DNA of 64,000 nucleotides, from the NCBI GenBank assembly GCA_038210985.1, contig JBBQWB010000001.1, positions 41,518 to 105,517 of the forward strand, written 5' to 3'. Shown here in pieces: positions 8,677 through 19,040 of the stretch. The notes beneath the pieces were generated by a model. The model was not told the origin of the DNA. It did not search any database and saw nothing but the letters and a program-made list of their open reading frames with translations. A program made the translations under genes and the position numbers. The first letter of the stretch is position 1. The number at the start of each line of letters is the position of its first letter. The DNA comes from Bacteroidales bacterium. GTDB taxonomy: Bacteria; Bacteroidota; Bacteroidia; Bacteroidales; WCHB1-69.

Positions 8677-10523
8677 AACATTTTTATTTAAAGAATATTG
8701 TTTTTAGCTTTTCCTTATTTTTTGCAATAACAAGCAACGTGCTTTATGCTCAAGTAGATATTACCTATCAAAGGTTGTCTCTTAAAGTTAATCCCGATAC
8801 TGTCTTTATAGAGGGTGAATCAACCATTTGTTTTCGCCCTACACATGTTACAAACTATATTGAAATTGATTTGAATGACACGTTTCAAATTATTAGTTTT
8901 AAATATCAAAATAATGAATATCCATTTACTCGATTAAATCATAAAATTAGAGTTGAAAACGAATCTATGTTTTTGTCTAGTCGAATAGATTCGATTTACA
9001 TTCATTATAAAGGGATTCCGAATAATAGTTTTAATTCGAATTCAACCAATTTTTTGTTCCACGACACTGTTCCAATTTTTTGGACTCAATCGGAACCTTA
9101 TGGTTGTGCCGATTGGTGGCCAACACAAAATAGTTTATCCGATAAAATCGACTCGATGGATATCATAATTACTTGTCCGTCAAGATATTGTTCTGCTTCC
9201 AATGGAATTTTAGTTTCTGATTCCATCCATAATTTCGAAAGAATATCTTTTTGGAAGCATCGCTATCCTATTGTTCCATATTTGGTTGGAGTAGCAGTTA
9301 CAAACTATGTGATGTATTACGATACTGCGTATTTTGAAAACGACACCATTCCTATCATGAATTTTGTGTTCCCCGAGTATGAGTACGAATATCGATTAAA
9401 TAGCTTTGCTACAGCTATAATGATGCATTATTTTAATGTTACTTATGGCGAATATCCTTTTAAAAAAGAAAAGTATGGACATGCTCAAATTCCAGGATAT
9501 GGAGGAATGGAAAATCAAACGATTACATTTTTATCGAGCTATTCGTACATGTTGGTTGCACACGAGTTATCGCATCATTGGTTTGGAAATTATATTACCT
9601 GCTCGTCGTGGTCAGATGTTTGGCTAAACGAAGGGTTTGCAACCTACACGTCCAATTTACTACTTAATTATGAGCCATCGCCCAACGGTTTTGATTATTG
9701 GAGATGGTATTGTGTAAATAGCATAACATCCGAAGCTAATGGCAGCGTTTGGGTTAGCGATACTAGCGATAGAAGTATAATTTTTTCGGGCAGACTTTCC
9801 TACGAAAAAGGAGGGATGTTGTTACACATGATTCATTACAAAATTGGAGATTCACTCTATTTTTTAACAATGAAAAATTATTTAAACAACCCGAATTTTT
9901 CGTATAAATTTGCATCAACAGATGATTTTAAGGCAGTTATAGAAGTTACAGCGAATATCGATTTGGATAATTTTTTTAATTATTGGTTTTTTGGCGAAGG
10001 CTATCCTATATTTTCAATTAGAGCAAAAAATGGTGTTTCAAATAAATTACAAATTGCTATAAATTGTCAAAATTCTAGTTTAAATAATATTCCTTTCCAA
10101 GGCGAGTTGGAGTTATTAATTAAAAATAGTCAGTTTGACACCCTTGTTTCTGTAAATATGGATGAGTCTGAAAAAAATCTTTCATTTGATTTAAGCTTTG
10201 TTCCCGATAGTGTTATTGCCAATCCAAATCATCACTTAATAACTCCACAAACATCTGTTTTCATAAACAATGAAGAAAAGCCATCTGCAGTTTGGATATA
10301 TCCAAATCCAACAGCGGATTATGTTTCCTTTTATTGTCGAGAAACTAAAATTAAACACTTTATTATTTACGACAATTCAGGTCGTTTAATATTTGAAGAA
10401 AGTTTCGATTTTCCCGTCAAATATTACAAAATGAACGTCAATTTACTTATTAGGGGTAGCTATTTTGTGCAATTTAGAAGTATTGGCGGGTTAATATTTA
10501 ATAATATTTTAATAAAAATCTAA
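8673..10523 (+). CDS. M1-family zinc aminopeptidase with T9SS C-terminal sorting domain
   Basis: Gluzincin motif HELSHHWFGN plus WLNEGFATY. Signal peptide. C-terminal Por-secretion-tail pattern (VWIYPNPTADYVSF...GSYFVQF...). ATGA start/stop overlap with waaA. Confidence 0.85.
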   Translation: MKHFYLKNIVFSFSLFFAITSNVLYAQVDITYQRLSLKVNPDTVFIEGESTICFRPTHVTNYIEIDLNDTFQIISFKYQNNEYPFTRLNHKIRVENESMFLSSRIDSIYIHYKGIPNNSFNSNSTNFLFHDTVPIFWTQSEPYGCADWWPTQNSLSDKIDSMDIIITCPSRYCSASNGILVSDSIHNFERISFWKHRYPIVPYLVGVAVTNYVMYYDTAYFENDTIPIMNFVFPEYEYEYRLNSFATAIMMHYFNVTYGEYPFKKEKYGHAQIPGYGGMENQTITFLSSYSYMLVAHELSHHWFGNYITCSSWSDVWLNEGFATYTSNLLLNYEPSPNGFDYWRWYCVNSITSEANGSVWVSDTSDRSIIFSGRLSYEKGGMLLHMIHYKIGDSLYFLTMKNYLNNPNFSYKFASTDDFKAVIEVTANIDLDNFFNYWFFGEGYPIFSIRAKNGVSNKLQIAINCQNSSLNNIPFQGELELLIKNSQFDTLVSVNMDESEKNLSFDLSFVPDSVIANPNHHLITPQTSVFINNEEKPSAVWIYPNPTADYVSFYCRETKIKHFIIYDNSGRLIFEESFDFPVKYYKMNVNLLIRGSYFVQFRSIGGLIFNNILIKI

Positions 10524-10624
10524 AATGCAAATTTTTAAACAATCAGAAAATCAGCATAATAGAATATTAACGTATATTTTATCTCATTTAATTTAAAGAT
10601 GAACTGTTTTAAATAAATTTTTTG

Positions 10625-10632
10625 TAAGTTTG
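10625..10632 (+). promoter_or_regulatory. Candidate -7 promoter box (TAAGTTTG)
   Basis: TAnnTTTG match 33 nt upstream of ATG 10666. Confidence 0.35.
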
Positions 10633-10665
10633 TGCATTGGTAAAAAGTAACCTAAAGTTTAACTA

Positions 10666-11268
10666 ATGAATGCTTTTGATATTGACGTTCAGTTAATAAA
10701 AAAAAATGAATTGACCCAAGTTGCACTTGAGGTTTTTCAAAAAAACAAACACTTTGAGTTTTCGTTAAATAATGCTTGCAAAGCAATGAATATTAGCGAA
10801 AAGGAGTTTGTTGTTCTTTTTCGTGATTACGATGAGTTTTTGATGCAGATAATTGCATATTATACTCGAAATATTCAAGAATTAATTGAGCCAATTTTAG
10901 CGGATATTAAAGTGGAACCACTAAAAAGGATTGAAAACTTATACACGTATTATGTGGATCATTATGTCAACAAAAATACTTTTCCTTTTGGTACAATTGC
11001 TAATAGAATTATTCACACAACTAACAATCAGGACATTAAGCAAGCAGCAATGGATGTGTTTAACATGGTTAAACGGAGCCATTATATTTGTATTGTTGAA
11101 GCGAAGAAAAATGGAACAATGGATGCAAGGGTTGATGCGGAGAAGTTATCGGAATTTATTATAAATGCATGGGAAGGAACGCTTCTACATTTTTATGAAT
11201 CAGGTTCAATAAAAGCATTATTTATCTTTAATGTGGTTCTACGTAAGAATATCTTACATTTAGTTTAG
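10666..11268 (+). CDS. TetR-family transcriptional regulator (probable)
   Basis: 200 aa, all-helical. N-terminal HTH-like segment (FSLNNACKAMNISEKEFVVLFRDYDEF) followed by a variable C-terminal domain. Confidence 0.55.
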   Translation: MNAFDIDVQLIKKNELTQVALEVFQKNKHFEFSLNNACKAMNISEKEFVVLFRDYDEFLMQIIAYYTRNIQELIEPILADIKVEPLKRIENLYTYYVDHYVNKNTFPFGTIANRIIHTTNNQDIKQAAMDVFNMVKRSHYICIVEAKKNGTMDARVDAEKLSEFIINAWEGTLLHFYESGSIKALFIFNVVLRKNILHLV

Positions 11269-11271
11269 TTT

Positions 11272-12453
11272 CTAAATCATTTTTTTCATAGCTTGCCACC
11301 ATCTTTCAGGGATGTCGTCGTTGCATGCTGTTTCATAATCTTTATACGAACAAGGAATGATATTATGTCTTTCGTATCTAGTTTTTTTATCTATCGGATA
11401 AGGAACTTCCATCCACCAACGTTCGGTTTTTTTGCTCTTATAAAATTTAATATCATACAAACCTTCCTGAATGGAAACATAATATTTGATAAAATGGTCT
11501 TTTGTAATATTTGGGTAATCATTTTTACGGTTGTAATATCCCTCAATAAAATACCATATCATTTGAGATATTAAAGTAGCAGACTGCCAATTATTATCAA
11601 ACAAAGGATTATATTCAAAAAAACCGATAGCACTTAGCTTATCACTTATTCCTGCATATCTGGTAATTTGGCAAATTTCATCTCCGGCAAATCCGTTAGG
11701 AGAAGCAAAATAATTAGCAGGCAAATCACTTTGACGAATTGCTCCCATGTCAATAGAAACCATGTCGGCATTTCTCATCACTGGTTCTACTTCTTGCATG
11801 TCTGCTCTAACATTTCCCAGTCGGTATGTGTCGAAGAACAAGTTTTTCATTAATTCAATCGAATCTTGCTCGACAAAATAGGTTTGATAGCCAATATTTG
11901 TATAATTAAAGAGGTAGTTGGGTTGTTGAAGAATTAGTTTGTTAATATATGCTTGTGAGTTCATTGGTGATTCTTCTGAGCCAATATCAAAACGGGAATC
12001 GACTGACACAATGTTTATTACCCTTTTAATTTTTTCGTATGCTTTATACATTGCATAAGTTAAATCTTGGCTTCCACCAATAATTATTGGAGTAATATTG
12101 TATTCAAACAAAATAGCCATTATTTCGCTTATTGCAACGTAAGTGTCATTAATTGTTTGCCCATTTCGCAGATTTCCTAAGTCGGCAATTTTAATATTTG
12201 GTTTACTAGCATAGAGTTGGTAAAATTTATTTCGGATATAATCAGGAGCTTTTCCACAGCCTTGATTTTCAAGAGCATTGCGTTCTTCACAAACTCCAAT
12301 AAAAGCAATATCTATTCCTTCGAGGCTAGGAAATCCATTTTCTTTGTTGTGAATTTGCAACAAATGTCCAAAGGCACTATTGGTATATCTTTCGGTATTA
12401 AAAGATACAGTTTCTTCGTTAATAGGTTCAAAAAACAAATGCAAATCCATCAT
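11272..12453 (-). CDS. Arginase/ureohydrolase-fold protein (formimidoylglutamase-like) with divergent metal-site motifs and a C-terminal extension
   Basis: Collinear with the three ureohydrolase motifs, but they read GGSQDLT, DSRFD and SIDMGAIRQSDLP; EYNP motif present. 393 aa. Confidence 0.65.
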   Translation of the reverse strand: MMDLHLFFEPINEETVSFNTERYTNSAFGHLLQIHNKENGFPSLEGIDIAFIGVCEERNALENQGCGKAPDYIRNKFYQLYASKPNIKIADLGNLRNGQTINDTYVAISEIMAILFEYNITPIIIGGSQDLTYAMYKAYEKIKRVINIVSVDSRFDIGSEESPMNSQAYINKLILQQPNYLFNYTNIGYQTYFVEQDSIELMKNLFFDTYRLGNVRADMQEVEPVMRNADMVSIDMGAIRQSDLPANYFASPNGFAGDEICQITRYAGISDKLSAIGFFEYNPLFDNNWQSATLISQMIWYFIEGYYNRKNDYPNITKDHFIKYYVSIQEGLYDIKFYKSKKTERWWMEVPYPIDKKTRYERHNIIPCSYKDYETACNDDIPERWWQAMKKMI

Positions 12454-12456
12454 AAT

Positions 12457-14964
12457 TTACTTCTTTTTAGTTTTTTTAAAAGTTTTACGTTTTGAAGGTT
12501 TGTTTTCGGGAGCATTGGTAATTTCGATGCAGTCATTGTAGGTTAAATCAGATGTAATGGAGCCTTTTGGAATTTTGAAATTTTGTTTGTTATAGCTAAT
12601 ATAAGGACCATATCTACCAGATAAGACTTTCATTTCTTCGTTTTCGGTAAATGTTTTAATAACGCCACTTAAGTTTGCTTTTTCTAATAATTCTAATACT
12701 TCCGAAAGTTCAATTTTTGAAATATCTGTACCACGAGGTAGGGAGCTGTTTTTATCGCCAATTTTTACAAAAGGACCATATTTTCCAGCAGCAACAAAAA
12801 CTTCTTCGTTTTTATGTGTGCCTAATAATCTAGGTTCGCGTAGTTTTTCGGTAATTCTTTTTTGTGCAACAATTTCTTGAATTTCTTCGATGGTAATTTC
12901 CATTAAGTCTTTTTCCTTTGGAATTGTAAAGAAAGAGTTTTCAATTTTTGCATAAGGGCCAAAACGACCAATGCCAACAGACACGTCTTTATCGTCAATT
13001 TTACCAACAATTCGAGGTAGGTTAAATAATTCTAAAGCTTCTTCAAGATTTATGTTATTGATATTTTGTTCTTTTTTCATTTTAGCAAAAGTTGGCTTGT
13101 TTTCGTCGCTAACTTCACCTAATTGAATCATTGCACCATAACGACCAAGTTTTGCATAAACATTTTTACCAGTTTTGGCATCTACACCAAGCAAGCGCTC
13201 GCCACTAGCTTTTTCGGAATTTGTGATTGCATCAACTACTTGGATGTGAAATGGGGTATAAAACTTTTCAATCATTTTTTGCCACAATAAATCGCCAGAA
13301 GCAATTTCATCAAATTCTTTTTCAACGGATGCAGTAAAATTGTAATCTAAAATTTCTTTAAAATATTCAACTAAAAAATTATTAACAATGATTCCAATAT
13401 CGGTAGGGAACATTTTCGATTTTTCGTATCCAGTTTTTTCCGATTTGAGTTCTTTTTTTATTGCTCCATTTTGTAGAATTAATACATGAAAATCTCGTGT
13501 AGTTCCTTGTCTGTCCTCTTTTAGAACGTATCCACGTTTTTGGATGGTAGAAATGGTTGGAGCATAGGTTGAAGGACGACCAATTCCCAAGTCTTCAAGT
13601 TTTTTAACCAAACTAGCTTCGGTGTATCGTGGAGGATGTTGAGAAAATTTTTGTTGAGCGGTTATTTTATCTGCAATAAGTTTTTCGCCAACTTTAACTT
13701 GAGGAAGTTGTTGTTCGTTTTTATCTTCTTCTTCGTCATCTTTTGATTCAAGATAAACTTTCAAGAATCCTTCAAATTTTATCACTTCACCAGTAGAAAC
13801 AAATTTATTTTTATGGTTTGAAATATCAATGGTAATATTTGTTTTTTCGAGCAAAGCATCGCTCATTTGCGAAGCAATAGTTCTTTTCCAAATTAAACTA
13901 TATAATCTATTTAACGAAGCCTCTTTTTGAACTTCAGGATTGCTCATATAAGTTGGTCGAATAGCTTCGTGGGCTTCTTGAGCTCCTTTAATTTTGTTTG
14001 TAAATTTTCGCACTTTCGAATATTCCTCGCCAAACATGGAGGTAATTTCTTTTTTAGAAGCACCAATAGCTAAATCGGAAAGATTTAACGAATCGGTACG
14101 CATATAAGTAATTAATCCTTCTTCGTATAATTGCTGTGCAAGAGTCATGGTTCGCGACACCGAATATCCTAGTTTACGAGAGGCTTCTTGTTGCAGGGTG
14201 GAAGTGGTAAAAGGAGGGGCTGGAGAACGTTTAACAGGACTTGTATTGATGTCGGAAATTTGATATTCGGAATTGAGACAGTTTGTTAAAAACTTTTCTG
14301 CTGTTTCTAAATCATCAAATTTTGTATCGAGTTCGGCTTTGATTGGAATAATTTCATTGTTTCGATGAATTAAAAAATCACCAACAATTCTGAAAACCGA
14401 ATTAGTTTTAAAATTTTGGATTTCTTTTTCGCGTTCAACAATTAGGCGAACAGCAACCGACTGAACTCGACCGGCAGAAAGTGCGGGCTTAACTTTTCGC
14501 CACAACACTGGAGACAGTTCAAATCCAACAATGCGGTCGAGAACTCTACGTGCTTGTTGAGCATTTACCAAATCGAAATTAATGGAACGAGGATTTTCGA
14601 CAGCATTTAATACTGCTCTTTCGGTAATTTCGTGAAAAGCGATACGCTTAATTTTTTCAATTGGAATACTTAAAGCTTCCATTAAGTGCCACGAAATTGC
14701 TTCCCCCTCTCTGTCCTCGTCCGTTGCAAGCCAAACTACTTCGGCAGTTTTCGATAATTTCTTCAACTCGCTAATTATTTTAGTTTTATCAGATAAAACC
14801 TCATAGAGCGGTTCAAAGTTGTTTTTAATATCAATGCCTATGTCTTTTGCTGGGAGGTCGCGAATGTGTCCCATACTTGATTTTACTACAAAGTCTTTTC
14901 CAAGATACTTCTCAATCGTTTTTGCTTTGGCCGGAGACTCCACAATTACTAAATTTTTGGCCAT
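12457..14964 (-). CDS. topA: DNA topoisomerase I
   Basis: Toprim N-terminus LVIVESPAKAKTIEKYLG, active-site Tyr region ITYMRTDS, and a lysine-rich C-terminal tail. 835 aa. Confidence 0.97.
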   Translation of the reverse strand: MAKNLVIVESPAKAKTIEKYLGKDFVVKSSMGHIRDLPAKDIGIDIKNNFEPLYEVLSDKTKIISELKKLSKTAEVVWLATDEDREGEAISWHLMEALSIPIEKIKRIAFHEITERAVLNAVENPRSINFDLVNAQQARRVLDRIVGFELSPVLWRKVKPALSAGRVQSVAVRLIVEREKEIQNFKTNSVFRIVGDFLIHRNNEIIPIKAELDTKFDDLETAEKFLTNCLNSEYQISDINTSPVKRSPAPPFTTSTLQQEASRKLGYSVSRTMTLAQQLYEEGLITYMRTDSLNLSDLAIGASKKEITSMFGEEYSKVRKFTNKIKGAQEAHEAIRPTYMSNPEVQKEASLNRLYSLIWKRTIASQMSDALLEKTNITIDISNHKNKFVSTGEVIKFEGFLKVYLESKDDEEEDKNEQQLPQVKVGEKLIADKITAQQKFSQHPPRYTEASLVKKLEDLGIGRPSTYAPTISTIQKRGYVLKEDRQGTTRDFHVLILQNGAIKKELKSEKTGYEKSKMFPTDIGIIVNNFLVEYFKEILDYNFTASVEKEFDEIASGDLLWQKMIEKFYTPFHIQVVDAITNSEKASGERLLGVDAKTGKNVYAKLGRYGAMIQLGEVSDENKPTFAKMKKEQNINNINLEEALELFNLPRIVGKIDDKDVSVGIGRFGPYAKIENSFFTIPKEKDLMEITIEEIQEIVAQKRITEKLREPRLLGTHKNEEVFVAAGKYGPFVKIGDKNSSLPRGTDISKIELSEVLELLEKANLSGVIKTFTENEEMKVLSGRYGPYISYNKQNFKIPKGSITSDLTYNDCIEITNAPENKPSKRKTFKKTKKK

Positions 14965-15091
14965 GTTTTATCTTATTTTATTGTTAATAGATTTAATTGA
15001 CAAACGTACACAAAATTTTTCAAATAGTTTTTTTTCAAATTAACCCTTTATAATGTGCCGTATTTAATATTTTGCAAAAATAGAATTTTTT

Positions 15092-15898
15092 TTATCTATT
15101 TCGTTTTTTTAATGTTCTAATATTTTTTAATGGCATATCAAAATTGTTAAATACAAATTTGTTTGAAATTTTTATGGATAAAACAACCGTGATTATGGAG
15201 GAAACTAAAATGGTAATCATAATCATTATTTGATACTTAATGGCAACCATTGGATTGCTTCCACCTAAAATTTGTCCTGTCATCATTCCTGGAAGCGATA
15301 TTAGGCCAACTACGGCAGTAGTAGCTATAATTGGATTTAAAGATTTTGTTAAGGATTGTTTCATAAAAATTTTCAAGGCTTCTCCTTTGGTTGCTCCATT
15401 TGCTATCGAATATTTATAAAGAAGTTGCTCTTTTGTTAATAAGTCATAAAATGTATTTAGCGCAATGATATTGTTGGACAAACAATTTCCAATCATCATT
15501 CCGCTAATTGGTATTAAATATCGTGCTTCTAATATGTAATCAATTCCAATTACGATTCCTAAAAAGTAAATATCTACAAAAAAAATACTAATTATTAAAG
15601 AGGAAAGTATTGGAATAATAAATAGTTTTCGATTAAGTTCACTTCGCTTAATTATTGTAAATGAGGCAATAAACAACATTATTATAACCCATATTATATT
15701 AACTAATGGATTATTTAGGTCGAATAGATATTCTAAATATAAGCCTACCAGCAAAAGTTGAATCGTCATTCGAGCAACGGCAATAAGAGTAGATTTTATT
15801 AAACCAGTTTGAAAAATCATTAATACATATATTGGAATAATCAATAATATATATCCAAGTGCTAAATCCAACCATGAAATATCCTGTGCAGCATTCAT
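15092..15898 (-). CDS. ABC transporter permease, UPF0014/YbbM (FetB-like)
   Basis: 268-aa polytopic membrane protein. Its start codon overlaps the stop of the upstream ATPase by 1 nt. Family resemblance judged by size and architecture. Confidence 0.6.
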   Translation of the reverse strand: MNAAQDISWLDLALGYILLIIPIYVLMIFQTGLIKSTLIAVARMTIQLLLVGLYLEYLFDLNNPLVNIIWVIIMLFIASFTIIKRSELNRKLFIIPILSSLIISIFFVDIYFLGIVIGIDYILEARYLIPISGMMIGNCLSNNIIALNTFYDLLTKEQLLYKYSIANGATKGEALKIFMKQSLTKSLNPIIATTAVVGLISLPGMMTGQILGGSNPMVAIKYQIMIMITILVSSIITVVLSIKISNKFVFNNFDMPLKNIRTLKKRNR

Positions 15899-16530
15899 TA
15901 TAAAGGAGGGTTAATTTTTGGTATTTGAATCGTTCTATCCATTCTGTTAATCCAACTGGCGTTATGAGTAGCCGATATTAAAGTTACCATTGGCAGCGAA
16001 TCAATTAAATTTAGAACTGCCGATTGAGATTCTTCATCTAAAGCCGACGATGGTTCGTCCATTAAAAGAATAGGCTTGTTTAATAACAATTGAGAAGCTA
16101 ACGCAACCCTTTGCTTTTGTCCACCCGATATTTCATCGATTTTTTTATATAAAATAGTGTCCTCTAATTTTAATTTATTGAAAATGTCTTCTACAACACT
16201 TTTTTGTGGATACAGTTTTTTGTTTTGAGCAAAATTAAATGGATAATAAAAAAGATCTTCCACATATTCAAATCGCATGCTAATTTCTTGGGGTAACCAG
16301 CTAATTTGTTTTCGGATTTGACGAATGTTGGAAGAGTTTAATAATAAACTATTGATTTTAATTTCACCACTTTGTATTTCAACAAAACCTAAAATTGAAT
16401 GGAGTATGGTTGATTTTCCAATTCCAGAAGGACCTGCAATGGCAATTTTTTCGCCTGTATTTACAAACATCGAAAAGTTTTCAATAACAGGTTTTTCAAA
16501 AGAAATGGATAAGTTTTTGATTTCAATCAT
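15898..16530 (-). CDS. ABC transporter ATP-binding protein (YbbL/FetA-like)
   Basis: Walker A GPSGIGKST, ABC signature SGGQKQRV, Walker B LLMDEPSSALD. Confidence 0.8.
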   Translation of the reverse strand: MIEIKNLSISFEKPVIENFSMFVNTGEKIAIAGPSGIGKSTILHSILGFVEIQSGEIKINSLLLNSSNIRQIRKQISWLPQEISMRFEYVEDLFYYPFNFAQNKKLYPQKSVVEDIFNKLKLEDTILYKKIDEISGGQKQRVALASQLLLNKPILLMDEPSSALDEESQSAVLNLIDSLPMVTLISATHNASWINRMDRTIQIPKINPPL

Positions 16531-16637
16531 GCCGACAAAAGTACTTAGTTTTTGTAAATTTGTGAAATAGATATGCTTTTTATTGTTAATTAAGTTCTAA
16601 TCTTTTCTAAAGAATCAATTTTAATGAACATTGTCAG

Positions 16638-16645
16638 TATTTTTG
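16638..16645 (+). promoter_or_regulatory. Candidate -7 promoter box (TATTTTTG)
   Basis: TAnnTTTG match 18 nt upstream of ATG 16663. It lies inside the longer listed ORF, which argues for the downstream start. Confidence 0.35.
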
Positions 16646-16662
16646 GAGAATATTTTAAAATC

Positions 16663-17964
16663 ATGAAAACAAGTAAGATAAACATAGTTATTAATATTTT
16701 CGTTTGGTTATTATTCATTTCATCTATTAGTGCCCAAGATACCTTAAAAATGATGCATTATAATTTAATGCAGTATTTGCAAAATCCTTATGGTGGATGT
16801 ACTTCAGCAAACAATAGTTTAGATTTAAAAGATGCAAATTTAAAGATTATTATTCCCTACGCTAAACCCGACATAATTACCGTTAATGAAATAGGCGTTA
16901 CCCAAGCACATGTTACCCGAATACTCAACAATGTATTAAATGTTAATGGGGTAAATTATTGGAAAGCAGGGCAGTTGACAAGCCAATCGGGTGGCACCAT
17001 TGCAAATATGATGTTTTATGATAGTCGCAAGTTAACCCTCAAATCGAGTTCATCCGTTCCGACCTCCTATCGTGATTTTAATATTTATCGACTTTATTTT
17101 AACACCCCTGATTTAGAACAAGGAGATACTGTTTTTTTTGTGTCGATTGTGTGTCACCTAAAAGCAGGAACTACAGACACTGCTGCTAGATATACTATGA
17201 TACAATCGTTGATGTCAAAATTAAATAGTTGGGGTGTTTCTGATAATTACGTTCTGTCGGGTGATTTTAATATTTATACATCCAATGAATCTTTTTATCA
17301 ACTGCTTTTAAATTATCCAAATGCCGCAATACGTTTTTTCGATCCGATTAATACTCCTGGCAATTGGAATAATAACAGTCAATTTAAAAATGTGCACACT
17401 CAATCTACGCATACTGGTGGCGATTGTTTTTCGACTGGAGGGATGGATGATAGGTTTGATCATATAATGGTGTCGTCTCAAGTATTAAATGGGTTTGAAA
17501 ACGTAAAAGTGCTTCCATCAACGTATCATGCTTTGGGGCAAGATGGTAATAGATTTAATGGGTCAATCGTTTCACCAACAAATAATTCAATTCCAACCGA
17601 ATTGGCAAATGCATTATATAATATGTCGGATCATTTACCAGTACTCGTAGATTTTTTGGTTTATTACACAAATGCTGGTATAGCTGGTAATTCAAAATCA
17701 AATATTGCGGATATTAAAACTCAAAATCCATTTGAAAATGAAATTAAATTGTTTATAAAGTCGCAGTTTTCTGAAAAACACACTTATTCATTAGTTGATT
17801 CGCGAGGAGTTTGCGTTACAAAAGGTGAATTTAATTTTGAACCACCACGACAAGAAATAACTTTAGTTGTGCCAAAATTATCGAATGGAATATATTTTTT
17901 AAAAGTTGAATCAAAAACCTCGACATCGGTTTTAAAACTAATATATATTCAATCAAATAAGTGA
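16663..17964 (+). CDS. Endonuclease/exonuclease/phosphatase (EEP) family protein with T9SS C-terminal sorting domain
   Basis: Signal peptide from ATG 16663. EEP-like motifs (ITVNEIG, LSGDFNIY, SDHLPV). C-terminal Por tail (NGIYFLKVESKTS..VLKLI). Confidence 0.75.
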   Translation: MKTSKINIVINIFVWLLFISSISAQDTLKMMHYNLMQYLQNPYGGCTSANNSLDLKDANLKIIIPYAKPDIITVNEIGVTQAHVTRILNNVLNVNGVNYWKAGQLTSQSGGTIANMMFYDSRKLTLKSSSSVPTSYRDFNIYRLYFNTPDLEQGDTVFFVSIVCHLKAGTTDTAARYTMIQSLMSKLNSWGVSDNYVLSGDFNIYTSNESFYQLLLNYPNAAIRFFDPINTPGNWNNNSQFKNVHTQSTHTGGDCFSTGGMDDRFDHIMVSSQVLNGFENVKVLPSTYHALGQDGNRFNGSIVSPTNNSIPTELANALYNMSDHLPVLVDFLVYYTNAGIAGNSKSNIADIKTQNPFENEIKLFIKSQFSEKHTYSLVDSRGVCVTKGEFNFEPPRQEITLVVPKLSNGIYFLKVESKTSTSVLKLIYIQSNK

Positions 17965-18076
17965 TAATTTTAGGAATGTTTTTTTTGTAATTAAATAAGA
18001 CTAAAAAAACATTTGTATTTTAAAATAATATTGTATTTTTACGGTTAATAATAAAACAACATAAAACCATACGAAT

Positions 18077-18925
18077 ATGAAAGGAATTATTGTCGGTACT
18101 GATTTTTCCGAATCGTCGATTAATGCTCTTAAGCATGCCACAACAATTGCAGATAAAGCAAAGTGTGATATTACTCTAATTTGGGCACAAACTCCTGGTA
18201 CGTCATTAGGGTTAATGTCAGATAATTTGGATGAATACACACAATTGGCAAAAGATAATCTTCAAAGAATTGCAGATGATCATAAAACTTTAATGCCAAA
18301 AGGAACAAAAATAATAACAAAAATCATTTCAGGCAAAGTGTGTTCTGTTTTAGCTCATGAAGCTGAAGAAACTGGAGCCGATTTAGTTGTTGTTGGAGCA
18401 CATGGTGTTTCGGGCGAAGAAGATTTTTTTATAGGTAACAATGCTTACAGAACTGTAATGTCTGTTAATTGTCCAGTATTAACAATTCGTAATCGAACCA
18501 AAGTTAGCAGAGCTTTAACCGATATTTTAGTTCCAATTGATTTATCCGAGGAAACTAGACAAAAATTACCTATTGCAGTAAAATTTGCAAAATTATTTGC
18601 AGCAAAAATTCATGTTTTAGGACTTTATACTTCGCCAAATCAGGAAATACGACAACTAATAGATGCATACTTATATACTGTTGAACGTTATTTGAAAACT
18701 AAAAATGTTCGTTATCAAATATATAAACGCGAATCGTATCATATTACTCAAACAACCGTAGAATTTGCAAAAGAAATTGATGCAAACTTAATCGTAACAA
18801 TGACCGAACAAAACTCTGATGTTTCTGGAATTTGGTTAGGAGCTCAGGCAAGAGAAATGGTAAACAACTGTTGTTTTCCTGTTTTAAGTGTTACTGCTAC
18901 AGATGTTTATGGCAGTTTAAAATAA
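18077..18925 (+). CDS. Tandem-domain universal stress protein (UspA family)
   Basis: Two Usp-like halves. ATP-binding-type motif DLVVVGAHGVSG in the first half; the second half ends ...PVLSV. Confidence 0.8.
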   Translation: MKGIIVGTDFSESSINALKHATTIADKAKCDITLIWAQTPGTSLGLMSDNLDEYTQLAKDNLQRIADDHKTLMPKGTKIITKIISGKVCSVLAHEAEETGADLVVVGAHGVSGEEDFFIGNNAYRTVMSVNCPVLTIRNRTKVSRALTDILVPIDLSEETRQKLPIAVKFAKLFAAKIHVLGLYTSPNQEIRQLIDAYLYTVERYLKTKNVRYQIYKRESYHITQTTVEFAKEIDANLIVTMTEQNSDVSGIWLGAQAREMVNNCCFPVLSVTATDVYGSLK

Positions 18926-18939
18926 AGTTTTTCAATAAT

Positions 18940-18979
18940 AAACAAAAGAGGCTTTAGTATTCTAAAGCCTCTTTTGTTT
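18940..18979. terminator. Bidirectional Rho-independent terminator
   Basis: AAACAAAAGAGGCTTTA / GTATTC / TAAAGCCTCTTTTGTTT: a 17-bp perfect stem with A/T-rich ends that can serve both strands, between convergent genes. Confidence 0.75.
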
Positions 18980-19040
18980 ATTATTGGTGACTTCTAAAAA
19001 TTGTTTTTTCATTGTTGCTTTTCAATTTTGAAATCTTCAT

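Noticed and set aside
18001-18240. 79-aa minus-strand ORF overlapping the usp gene start
   Set aside because: It overlaps the well-supported Usp gene and its upstream region, and it has no motifs.
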